This document shows, piece by piece, positions 1 through 5,933 of a DNA stretch of 6,480 nt (within the stretch, counting starts at the first letter, position 1; the number at the start of each line of letters is the position of its first letter). Source of the DNA: a virus (taxonomy: Duplodnaviria > Heunggongvirae > Uroviricota > Caudoviricetes); IMG/VR virus record IMGVR_UViG_2537561716_000021. One strand, given 5' to 3'. The notes under the pieces are model-generated. The model was not told the DNA's origin and did not search any database. It was given only the letters and a program-made list of their open reading frames with translations. The position numbers were made by a program, and so were the translations under genes.

Positions 1-42
1 ACCAAGCCTTTGATATATAAGTGTTTTCTCTGTTAAGCGTGA

Positions 43-97
43 GCTACGTGAAAAATAATTTTTAGTGGGTATATCTGTTCAAGAGATTTCACGTAGC
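43..97. repeat. 11-bp perfect inverted repeat GCTACGTGAAA / TTTCACGTAGC with 33-bp AT-rich spacer
   Basis: Arms at 43-53 and 87-97. Lies in the non-coding stretch downstream of the tape-measure gene. Confidence 0.8.
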
Positions 98-144
98 ATT
101 CGACTATTCATAGTTGAATCGTCATACTAGATAAAGATTAATAG

Positions 145-162
145 ATTGCCATGTGTGGCAAT
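145..162 (-). terminator. possible weak terminator hairpin downstream of the tape-measure gene
   Basis: ATTGCCA-tgtg-TGGCAAT, a 7-bp stem with 4-nt loop, 25 nt past the stop at 187. On the minus strand it is followed by a U-rich but interrupted tract (CUAUUAAUCUUUAUCU). Could equally be an operator palindrome. Confidence 0.25.
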
Positions 163-186
163 AAATATTAGTAGTTCTAACATTGT

Positions 187-2265
187 TTATTCCTCTGGGT
201 AAGCTGAGCTAATCAAGGTATCTTCCTGCATACGATTAATATGTGATGTTGTCCTTTCATCAATAACTTTCCCATCAAGTACCGTCTGAGTTGTGATATT
301 GATTGTCTGAGGCTGAATATTTACTGACGGCTTGATAAGCTTTAAATCTTGTGTGAATGTTTCCACTCGACCTTTCAGATTATTTAATGCTTCAGGTGAA
401 AACTGTGGAACATCTTTTGATTTGCCCTGAACCATAGCCCATAAAACAGTGGCTAAAGAGTTCATGTCACCAGTTAATGCTTGGTCTGTGGGTTCCACCT
501 TTGACCTTACAACTTTATCAATTGGATTATCTGACTTACTCATCTGACGTTCACAGAACGGTTTGACAATGGCATTAATCACATCAGTTGCCATACCGAC
601 AATCATTACTTTGGTAATTGCATCAGCTACAGATAGCCTACTTTTTCCACCTTCAACACTACCAGTAGAACGTGAATTGATTCTTCCTGCTGCTGTATTT
701 GCCACATTTCCAAGCGTGGAAATGGCCCTAATTAAGTTCCAGATACCACCTACAGCACCAATCCCAGACCTTACAGCGACTATACCAGCAAGCCCCTTTA
801 ATGCACTTAACAGGCCATTTGCAAGACCATCAGCTACAGCTTTTTGAGTGTCATTTAATTCTCTGTAAGCAAGGGTCACTCTGTCAAAGAATCCCTGCAC
901 TCGGTAGCTAATCGTGGTTAAGTCATCAATACCGTTTGACATGCTTTTCATCAGGTCGCCAAAATGTTCACCAAGATTTTTAGATTGACCACCCAGTGAA
1001 TTAAGTAAATTAGTCAGTGACCTTGTAAAGTCTGTTAAACCTTCCTGTGAACCGTCGAACATTAAGGCCAAATTATTATTCCATGAATTACTTAAGCGGC
1101 CTAACTGCGTCTGAGTAGAGTTAATAATCTTTTCCCATCCCCCAGCTTTAGCAATCATATTACCCATTTCAGCGGATACTTTAGGAAGAACATCTTTAGA
1201 AAGAACTTTACCGTTCTTCATAGCTGCATCTAATTGCTCGGTAGTCATCCCAAGACTTCTGGCAAATAACTGAAAAGCACCTGCCATTCTGTCCCCTAAC
1301 TGACCGCGTAATTCTTCAGCTTGAATCTTGCCCTTGCTCGCCATCTGCTCAAAAGCTTTTAAAATCCCGTTAATTTCATCGGTGCTTAAACCCATTAATC
1401 TGGATGTACCAATCACATTAGAAAATAAGGATTCTTTCTGGCCTGTATCCATATCACCAGCACCAGCGGAAAACTTAGCAAAACTGCTTAATGTTTCAAT
1501 CTGGTCAACACCAGTATTATTAGCAAGATTCTTAACAAATTCTGTAGCTCGTTTAGCACCTTCATCACCTAAAACGAATTGTGCCGCTCGTTGTGATGCT
1601 TCTTTTTTCAGACCAATCTCCATAATCTTCCTATAAGCTTCTAAGGCTGTCTGAAAACTATAAATGGCTGTACCTGCTTTGATTGCACTTGTAGCTAATA
1701 CATCCAGACCATTCGAAGCCTTTTCACTGTGATTGTTTTTGCTGGTGGTCTTGTTAAACTTAGAAAGTGTTTCACGTAGATTTTGATTTAACTTTGCTAA
1801 CTCACGATTAAAAGCTTCGTTTCCAAGTGTCTTGGATTTACTACTTAATGCGTAAAACTGACTCTTAATGTATTTCTCGACAATTGGGTTAAGACCTTTC
1901 AGCTTGGTCATATTCGCTGAATAAGCTGCTGTGATTGCTCTGTTGCCGCTAATTCGTGGCTGTCTTGATTGTTTTGGAGGATTAACAGTGTCATTAAATC
2001 TGGTGGCAAACTGAAATGCTTTTGTGCTTCTTGCTCTCTGTTCAATCTTGTCAAAGGCCTTATTAAACTTCCTTTCAAGCTGCCCTAAAGAAGCCGTTAA
2101 ATTGCTATCAAGCTGCTTTGTATTAATCCTGAAACCTTTATTTAGGTTCTTTTCAATTCTTTGTGCTGACTGCAAAGCTGCCTTTTCAACTCTTTGCAAG
2201 CCCTTAATAACGTTCTCGCTGAAGCCTAGCTCAACGATAAAACTATCAACTGTGAATTTGCTCAT
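187..2265 (-). CDS. phage tail tape measure protein (tape-measure domain family)
   Basis: 692-aa ORF from the track. ATG at 2265..2263 with GAGGTGA 9 nt upstream. Internal stretch KAFEQMASKGKIQAEELRGQLGDRMAGAFQLFARSLGMTTEQLDAAMKNGKV matches the conserved tape-measure domain motif as I recall it. Gly/Ala-rich hydrophobic segment GLANGLLSALKGLAGIVAVRSGIGAVGGIW and helical, K/E/Q-rich N-terminal third are typical of this family. Not verified by search. Confidence 0.75.
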   Translation of the reverse strand: MSKFTVDSFIVELGFSENVIKGLQRVEKAALQSAQRIEKNLNKGFRINTKQLDSNLTASLGQLERKFNKAFDKIEQRARSTKAFQFATRFNDTVNPPKQSRQPRISGNRAITAAYSANMTKLKGLNPIVEKYIKSQFYALSSKSKTLGNEAFNRELAKLNQNLRETLSKFNKTTSKNNHSEKASNGLDVLATSAIKAGTAIYSFQTALEAYRKIMEIGLKKEASQRAAQFVLGDEGAKRATEFVKNLANNTGVDQIETLSSFAKFSAGAGDMDTGQKESLFSNVIGTSRLMGLSTDEINGILKAFEQMASKGKIQAEELRGQLGDRMAGAFQLFARSLGMTTEQLDAAMKNGKVLSKDVLPKVSAEMGNMIAKAGGWEKIINSTQTQLGRLSNSWNNNLALMFDGSQEGLTDFTRSLTNLLNSLGGQSKNLGEHFGDLMKSMSNGIDDLTTISYRVQGFFDRVTLAYRELNDTQKAVADGLANGLLSALKGLAGIVAVRSGIGAVGGIWNLIRAISTLGNVANTAAGRINSRSTGSVEGGKSRLSVADAITKVMIVGMATDVINAIVKPFCERQMSKSDNPIDKVVRSKVEPTDQALTGDMNSLATVLWAMVQGKSKDVPQFSPEALNNLKGRVETFTQDLKLIKPSVNIQPQTINITTQTVLDGKVIDERTTSHINRMQEDTLISSAYPEE

Positions 2266-2277
2266 TCATATTTTTCA

Positions 2278-2317
2278 CCTCATAGACTTCGGATAGAAGG
2301 CTATCCTCATATACAAA
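2278..2317. repeat. ~36-bp hairpin-containing repeat, copy A (just upstream of the tape-measure gene start)
   Basis: ATAGACTTCGGATAGAAGGCTATCCTCATATA at 2282-2313 contains the hairpin GGATAG-aagg-CTATCC (2291-2306). Matches copy B with one mismatch in the loop, and flanking bases are also similar. Confidence 0.85.
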
Positions 2318-2357
2318 AAAGGAGAGTTACCCAGATTGCCATCCAGATAATCTCTCC
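2314..2357 (-). terminator. possible intrinsic terminator between the 72-aa gene and the tape-measure gene
   Basis: On the minus strand GGAGAG (2357..2352) and CTCTCC (2326..2321) form a 6-bp stem followed directly by TTTTTTG (2320..2314). The 25-nt loop is long for a classic terminator. Confidence 0.3.
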
Positions 2358-2373
2358 CGTAGATTTTTACTAA

Positions 2374-2592
2374 CTAACCAACAACTGATACCCAATGATA
2401 ATCACCATCTTCACGAATAATTCTTGAACCAACCGGAATACGGTCAATGCACCACGAAGGAATTTTGCGAATCTTTATTTTGCTGTTTGAGGTGACAGGC
2501 TGATGCTTACTCTTTACCGTTTTTGGTTTACGTGGTTGGTTTTTAAGTTTTTCACAAACTGCCTTGATAGTCTCTAAACGTTCTTCAAACAT
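2374..2592 (-). CDS. hypothetical small basic protein (72 aa)
   Basis: ORF from track. ATG preceded by AGAGGTGA. Starts 22 nt downstream of the 236-aa gene stop, so probably co-transcribed. Lys/Arg-rich N-terminal half. No recognisable motif. Confidence 0.5.
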   Translation of the reverse strand: MFEERLETIKAVCEKLKNQPRKPKTVKSKHQPVTSNSKIKIRKIPSWCIDRIPVGSRIIREDGDYHWVSVVG

Positions 2593-2614
2593 TAATCACC
2601 TCTTTAATTCATAA

Positions 2615-3325
2615 TCAAACAGCCTTGCTATACTTCTGAGAAATCTTCGTTAACTGCTCAATATCAGCCATTAAAGCAATCTTCTTCTGCGACTCATATT
2701 CACTAACAAGCTCTTTCATGCTATCAAGTTCTTTTCTAAGTTTTTGCTTTAACTTATCCAGTTTATCGGAGTAATGCTTAGTCAAATTAGCTTCAGCTAA
2801 CTGAAGAATCTCTTCATCTGTTTTACCAGTCATCAGAATAAATTGACCAGAACCCCTTAATGCTTGTCTGACATCAATTAACCGGAACCCTTCAGGGATA
2901 CTTTGAAGAACTTTAGGAACGTCTTCAATCGCTGTACCAAAACCATCATTAAAGTTTCCTTCATAATAGATAAACGGGTTTGACTTAATCTCGTAAGCAA
3001 TATCATATTCTGAAGGTTTCGAGGTTTCTTCGAAGTTCTTAACAGCATCGTAAGCAATATCAAGTCGAATACGTTGTTCTTTCAGCTGTGGGTAATATTT
3101 CTTTTCAAGCTCAAGTAATGCTTCACCCTTGCAAATATCAGGCATCTCTTGAGGTTCAGGAGCCACAAAGATGGTTGTTTTTGGTGACATCTTTAACTCT
3201 TGCTCAAGTGCAATTCTTTCATCGTGTTCTTTACGCTGAATAGCGATAGCTGGATGTTCAGTCTGTGGTGACCAGTCACCGAAGCTGTCAACCTTTTTAC
3301 CGTTAATATATAAATCGTTTGTCAT
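2615..3325 (-). CDS. hypothetical protein (236 aa) with Lys/Glu-rich, probably coiled-coil C-terminus
   Basis: Track ORF 2615..3370 begins at a GTG (3370..3368) with no ribosome-binding site. The internal ATG at 3325..3323 is preceded by GAAGAGGG at good spacing, so the start is trimmed to 3325. C-terminal ~60 residues (DKLDKLKQKLRKELDSMKELVSEYESQKK) look coiled-coil. No family recognised. Confidence 0.6.
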   Translation of the reverse strand: MTNDLYINGKKVDSFGDWSPQTEHPAIAIQRKEHDERIALEQELKMSPKTTIFVAPEPQEMPDICKGEALLELEKKYYPQLKEQRIRLDIAYDAVKNFEETSKPSEYDIAYEIKSNPFIYYEGNFNDGFGTAIEDVPKVLQSIPEGFRLIDVRQALRGSGQFILMTGKTDEEILQLAEANLTKHYSDKLDKLKQKLRKELDSMKELVSEYESQKKIALMADIEQLTKISQKYSKAV

Positions 3326-3347
3326 TGTTTTTCCCTCTTCTAAGTAA

Positions 3348-3437
3348 TATTCAGTTTTTAAAAAGCACACCTGACAGCCTACGAACTTAGAAGAGACTTA
3401 AAAGCGTTTGCCAAGTGTGCTTTTTAAAAACTGAATA
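3348..3437. repeat. perfect 23-bp inverted repeat (TATTCAGTTTTTAAAAAGCACAC) with 44-bp spacer
   Basis: Arms at 3348-3370 and 3415-3437 are exact reverse complements. Each arm contains TTTTTAAAAA. The left arm ends 22 nt upstream of the ATG at 3325 (minus-strand sense). Confidence 0.9.
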
Positions 3438-3530
3438 GCCCTAGATAATTTCTTATAAAGGGCCATTCATAAGGTGAAGAAATTAAAAGAACATCTAAAG
3501 GATTCAAATGAATGAACAAAGATTTTTGAT

Positions 3531-3562
3531 ATGGCCTATTTAGTGTGGGCTAAATAAGCCAT
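3531..3562. repeat. 13-bp near-perfect inverted repeat ATGGCCTATTTAG / CTAAATAAGCCAT with 6-nt loop
   Basis: Arms 3531-3543 and 3550-3562 with one mismatch. No adjacent T-run on either strand, so not a classic terminator. Confidence 0.7.
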
Positions 3563-3643
3563 GACGAAAAGCATTGCACCTTTCAGAATAACTATCCCTA
3601 GATGTAGATGGAATTGTTGAAAGAAATAAGAGAGAATTGCTCT

Positions 3644-3685
3644 CCCTATAGACTTCGGATAGAAGACTATCCTCATATATACAAT
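3644..3685. repeat. ~36-bp hairpin-containing repeat, copy B (in the long intergenic region)
   Basis: ATAGACTTCGGATAGAAGACTATCCTCATATA at 3648-3679 with hairpin GGATAG-aaga-CTATCC (3657-3672). Immediately preceded by the small hairpin GAGAG-aattg-CTCTC. Confidence 0.85.
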
Positions 3686-3736
3686 TATGTCATGCTCAAG
3701 GTTATTTGTCAACAGCTTTTTAACAGATTGGTAACA

Positions 3737-3814
3737 TCAATTCTTATTTACCGTATTACCTACCCAGCAACCAACCAATAAGCCAAGCAACGTCCAAGCA
3801 ATTATTAAACCCAT
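3737..3814 (-). CDS. possible 25-aa hydrophobic peptide (MGLIIAWTLLGLLVGCWVGNTVNKN), speculative
   Basis: ATG at 3814..3812 overlaps the TAA stop of the 109-aa gene (TAATG coupling). Hydrophobic stretch ends in a lipobox-like L-V-G-C. Below the track length threshold, and the N-region has no positive charge. Confidence 0.2.
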   Translation of the reverse strand: MGLIIAWTLLGLLVGCWVGNTVNKN

Positions 3815-4143
3815 TAGTGAATCCTCATAGAATCCGCAACCAAAACATTGTCAGCGTACAAAATTGTCACAGCACCTTTCAGAAATTGCTCTGGGCTGAC
3901 ACTAAGTTTGTTTGTCTGTTCGATAATCAATCTTTTCATGTTGCTGTCTTTAATTGGTAGCATCATTCGAGGCTCGTTAAACTCCACCGACTGAATAAAG
4001 TCAGAGATGTTTTCTGCATTATCAGCCATCAAAGCTAACAGCCGGTCAAAGTCAATGCTAATACCTGCATCAGTGAAGTGTTGAAGCATGGTCACTGTGT
4101 CGATATCAAGCATAATTTGTAATGGGAAGTTTAATTCTCTCAT
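3814..4143 (-). CDS. hypothetical acidic protein (109 aa)
   Basis: ORF from track. ATG at 4143 with AAGGAG upstream. Lies immediately downstream (minus-strand sense) of repeat copy 1. No motif recognised. Confidence 0.55.
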   Translation of the reverse strand: MRELNFPLQIMLDIDTVTMLQHFTDAGISIDFDRLLALMADNAENISDFIQSVEFNEPRMMLPIKDSNMKRLIIEQTNKLSVSPEQFLKGAVTILYADNVLVADSMRIH

Positions 4144-4173
4144 TTCTTAAAATCTCCTTTTTACCAGACCTCC

Positions 4174-4291
4174 TCAATCGCTCTGTAACGAGCTAAACAG
4201 TCTTTTTCAGGGGTAGCCTGTACAGTGGTATTACCCACCCTAAAATAGGGTAGTTTTTTGCGTTAGAATGCGATTGAGAGCGTCTGAGAAG
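4174..4291. repeat. bipartite intergenic repeat, copy 1
   Basis: Left flank TCAATCGCTCTGTAACGAG (4174-4192) and right flank AGAATGCGATTGAGAGCGTCT (4265-4285) are identical to copy 2. The 72-nt core is divergent and holds the hairpin ACCCTA-aaa-TAGGGT (4237-4251) followed by T6 (4254-4259). Confidence 0.85.
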
Positions 4292-4299
4292 CTGTTTTT

Positions 4300-4587
4300 C
4301 TAATTTCGCTTAAAGTCTCGGACTTGCATAAGGTTTTTTGGTCTGGTATCGGCTCTGTTACCATTTCGATGGATAATTTGCTTATTGGATTGATAGCCAT
4401 GATAAAGGAACCAGACAACATATTTCACATAGAATGTGTATCGACCTATATTAAATGTTTTGTTGCCGTAGTCGTCGGTATTTATCGTGACTGACTCCCC
4501 ATCAGACCAGCACAGGGAATCACTGGATTCATCATAGATAAGGTGTTCTGCAAAATATCTTCTAACATCTTCATGCCAAGGTTTCAT
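4300..4587 (-). CDS. HNH endonuclease (HNH_3 / homing-endonuclease-like, 95 aa)
   Basis: C-terminal IIHRNGNRADTRPKNLMQV fits the H-x-x-G-x-x-x-D-x-x-x-x-N-L HNH core. Preceding aromatic-rich block (YTFYVKYVVWFLYHGY) resembles the region upstream of the HNH motif in small phage HNH proteins. Strong GAGGAGG site. ATGA start/stop overlap with the upstream gene. Confidence 0.7.
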   Translation of the reverse strand: MKPWHEDVRRYFAEHLIYDESSDSLCWSDGESVTINTDDYGNKTFNIGRYTFYVKYVVWFLYHGYQSNKQIIHRNGNRADTRPKNLMQVRDFKRN

Positions 4588-4799
4588 AAAACCTCCTCAC
4601 CCCAATAACCTAATTCAATCTTATGACGTTCAAACCATTCCGGTTTAACTGCTGTTTTCAGTGTTTCATTTGGGCCAATGGCTTTAATGAAAATATCTTT
4701 TGAGTTATGGATGTCACCGAATCCGTTTCCTTTAATCAGGAGGTCGGAGATGTAGCGAATCATTTTATCTGTGTGGTATTCAAAGGTAATGCATAGCAT
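4584..4799 (-). CDS. hypothetical protein (71 aa)
   Basis: ORF from track. ATG overlaps the stop of the 93-aa gene (TAATG) and its own stop overlaps the HNH start (ATGA), i.e. translationally coupled. No motif recognised. Confidence 0.5.
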   Translation of the reverse strand: MLCITFEYHTDKMIRYISDLLIKGNGFGDIHNSKDIFIKAIGPNETLKTAVKPEWFERHKIELGYWGEEVL

Positions 4800-5080
4800 T
4801 AAACCCCCATCGATAGCTTGTGAATCTTGATGCTCAATAGCCGGGCAATATCAATTTTAAAGTTGTTCAGTTCCTTCAGAGTAGCTAGAGCGTTCTGAGT
4901 AATTCTGATGTGTCTGCGACCTTTAGAAACTGGATATTTCAGTAAATCCGACTCAGTGACCTCTTTAGCAATTGCAAGCTGCATAATGGTTTGATGAGGC
5001 AGGTTAGTTGTCTGTTTAATTCGGGTAAGCTCGTGAAAGGCTTCTTCTGAAATACGGGTTAATGTGTGTTTGTTTTTCAT
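4799..5080 (-). CDS. hypothetical protein (93 aa), possibly a small DNA-binding regulator
   Basis: Track ORF 4799..5164 overlaps the 184-aa gene by 83 nt. The internal ATG at 5080..5078 has GAGGA about 8 nt upstream and sits 1 nt after the 184-aa stop (TAAAATG), so the start is trimmed. Function is a guess. Confidence 0.5.
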   Translation of the reverse strand: MKNKHTLTRISEEAFHELTRIKQTTNLPHQTIMQLAIAKEVTESDLLKYPVSKGRRHIRITQNALATLKELNNFKIDIARLLSIKIHKLSMGV

Positions 5081-5081
5081 T

Positions 5082-5636
5082 TTAAAATTCCTCTGCTTGT
5101 GCGTATACGTCAAATTCAAAGTCTGGTTCACTGGTCGTAAGGCTAATATTGCCCACTTCCACATGATGATTGATTGTCTCGATAACTTTCATGCAAATGG
5201 TAGTTAAATTAGCGCAATATTTATCAGATGGTAGCTCGTAGCTAAGTCTGGTTGCTTGACGCTGTAGATAATTTGTTATTGTGCTTGAGCTAATCTTGTC
5301 AATATTTCGTAGTAAATAGAAAACTTTTTGGTGATAATTATCCCTTCCAAAACTGCGACAAGTACCGATAATTGCATCTTCAATTTTTGATGGTAATTGC
5401 TTGTAGCTGTCAAAACTCATCAAGAAAGGTTTCAAGTTATTCTTCGTTGTTTTGCGTACTGGCATAAATCTGTCTCGTGGCGTAATGCTACGAATGACCG
5501 CTTCAATGTTTTTACGTTCGGATTTGGTAAAGGCTGGGACTTCGTAGCTGGTGGGGTTGTTTGTGTAGCTGTAACCGTTGTGTCTGTTGCGTCTCTTGGA
5601 TTCTTCAAGAAACTTTTGAAATTCTCTGTCGTTCAT
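5082..5636 (-). CDS. hypothetical protein (184 aa), first gene of the HNH operon
   Basis: ORF from track. ATG at 5636. Preceded by a candidate sigma70-like promoter on the minus strand. No family recognised. Confidence 0.6.
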   Translation of the reverse strand: MNDREFQKFLEESKRRNRHNGYSYTNNPTSYEVPAFTKSERKNIEAVIRSITPRDRFMPVRKTTKNNLKPFLMSFDSYKQLPSKIEDAIIGTCRSFGRDNYHQKVFYLLRNIDKISSSTITNYLQRQATRLSYELPSDKYCANLTTICMKVIETINHHVEVGNISLTTSEPDFEFDVYAQAEEF

Positions 5637-5686
5637 TCATAAGCTGGCCCTTATAATTGTTAATTCTCTGTTAACTCATATATACA

Positions 5687-5715
5687 ATCCTAGCATTTTC
5701 AAAGGCTAATGTCAA
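5687..5715 (-). promoter_or_regulatory. candidate sigma70-type promoter for the 184/93/71/HNH operon
   Basis: Minus-strand TTGACA (5715..5710), 17-nt spacer, TAGGAT (5692..5687), about 50 nt upstream of the ATG at 5636. The -10 is weak. Confidence 0.4.
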
Positions 5716-5722
5716 GTATTTT

Positions 5723-5752
5723 TTAACATTTTATTAACATCTGTGGTATAAT
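5723..5752 (+). promoter_or_regulatory. candidate rightward promoter with extended -10 (TTAACA, 18 nt, TGgTATAAT)
   Basis: TTAACA at 5723-5728. TG at 5744-5745 followed by TATAAT at 5747-5752. Divergent from the operon promoter. Would transcribe repeat copy 2 and the small ORF at 5934. Confidence 0.5.
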
Positions 5753-5830
5753 GGGTTTATGGGGAGAGTAAAATATAAAGGCGTGGCCATGTATTTGGTC
5801 ACATGGTTATTGCATTGCACACAGACATCT

Positions 5831-5925
5831 TCAATCGCTCTGTAACGAGTTAAATGGCCTCTTCAGGTCAACTATAAGGTCAGGTACTTTTTTGTGTCAG
5901 AATGCGATTGAGAGCGTCTTACAAG
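5831..5925. repeat. bipartite intergenic repeat, copy 2
   Basis: Left flank 5831-5849 and right flank 5899-5919 are identical to copy 1. The 49-nt core is different but also ends in T6 (5888-5893). Confidence 0.85.
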
Positions 5926-5933
5926 GAAAACTA

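Noticed and set aside
130-186. 18-aa ORF (MLELLIFIATHGNLLIFI) starting 3 nt after the tape-measure stop
   Set aside because: Very short, overlaps the palindrome at 145-162, and its hydrophobicity is what AT-rich non-coding sequence gives by chance.
563-847. Plus-strand ORF (94 aa) inside the tape-measure gene
   Set aside because: Entirely antisense to a well-supported 692-aa gene. Low-complexity translation and no ribosome-binding site, so treated as a shadow ORF.
1328-1636. Plus-strand ORF (102 aa) inside the tape-measure gene
   Set aside because: Antisense shadow ORF within the tape-measure coding region, with no independent support.
2024-2296. Plus-strand ORF (90 aa) overlapping the tape-measure gene start
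   Set aside because: Antisense to the tape-measure N-terminus and running into the upstream repeat. Leu/Ser-rich translation typical of a shadow frame.
2592-2640. Programmed frameshift joining the 236-aa and 72-aa ORFs as a tail-chaperone pair
   Set aside because: The ORFs do not overlap (22-nt gap) and the 72-aa frame is closed by a TGA two codons upstream of its ATG, so the canonical overlapping-frame geometry is absent.
2878-3063. Minus-strand ORF (61 aa) inside the 236-aa gene
   Set aside because: Out-of-frame and fully nested in the better-supported 236-aa gene.
3326-3370. Longer GTG-initiated start for the 236-aa gene
   Set aside because: The GTG at 3370 has no ribosome-binding site and would place the 23-bp inverted-repeat arm inside the coding region. 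The ATG at 3325 with GAAGAGGG upstream is preferred.
3644-3650. T7-group promoter resemblance at repeat copy B (minus strand reads TATAGGGAGAG)
   Set aside because: Only the 10-nt initiating segment matches. The upstream 13 nt do not resemble the T7/T3/K11 recognition region, and copy A reads TATGAGGTGA instead. Treated as coincidence unless a single-subunit RNA polymerase gene is found elsewhere.
3438-3813. tRNA gene in the long intergenic region
   Set aside because: No T-loop-like GTTCGAATC-type motif or cloverleaf-compatible inverted repeats were found by eye. Not verified with a tRNA search tool.
5081-5164. Longer start for the 93-aa gene (track ORF 4799..5164)
   Set aside because: Would overlap the 184-aa gene by 83 nt in another frame. 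The internal ATG at 5080 with GAGGA upstream and a TAAAATG junction is preferred.
5397-5642. Plus-strand ORF (81 aa) overlapping the 184-aa gene
   Set aside because: Antisense to the 184-aa coding region with no ribosome-binding site.
2278-5925. CRISPR array
   Set aside because: Both repeat families have only two copies, separated by 1.3-1.7 kb of coding sequence rather than by regular short spacers.
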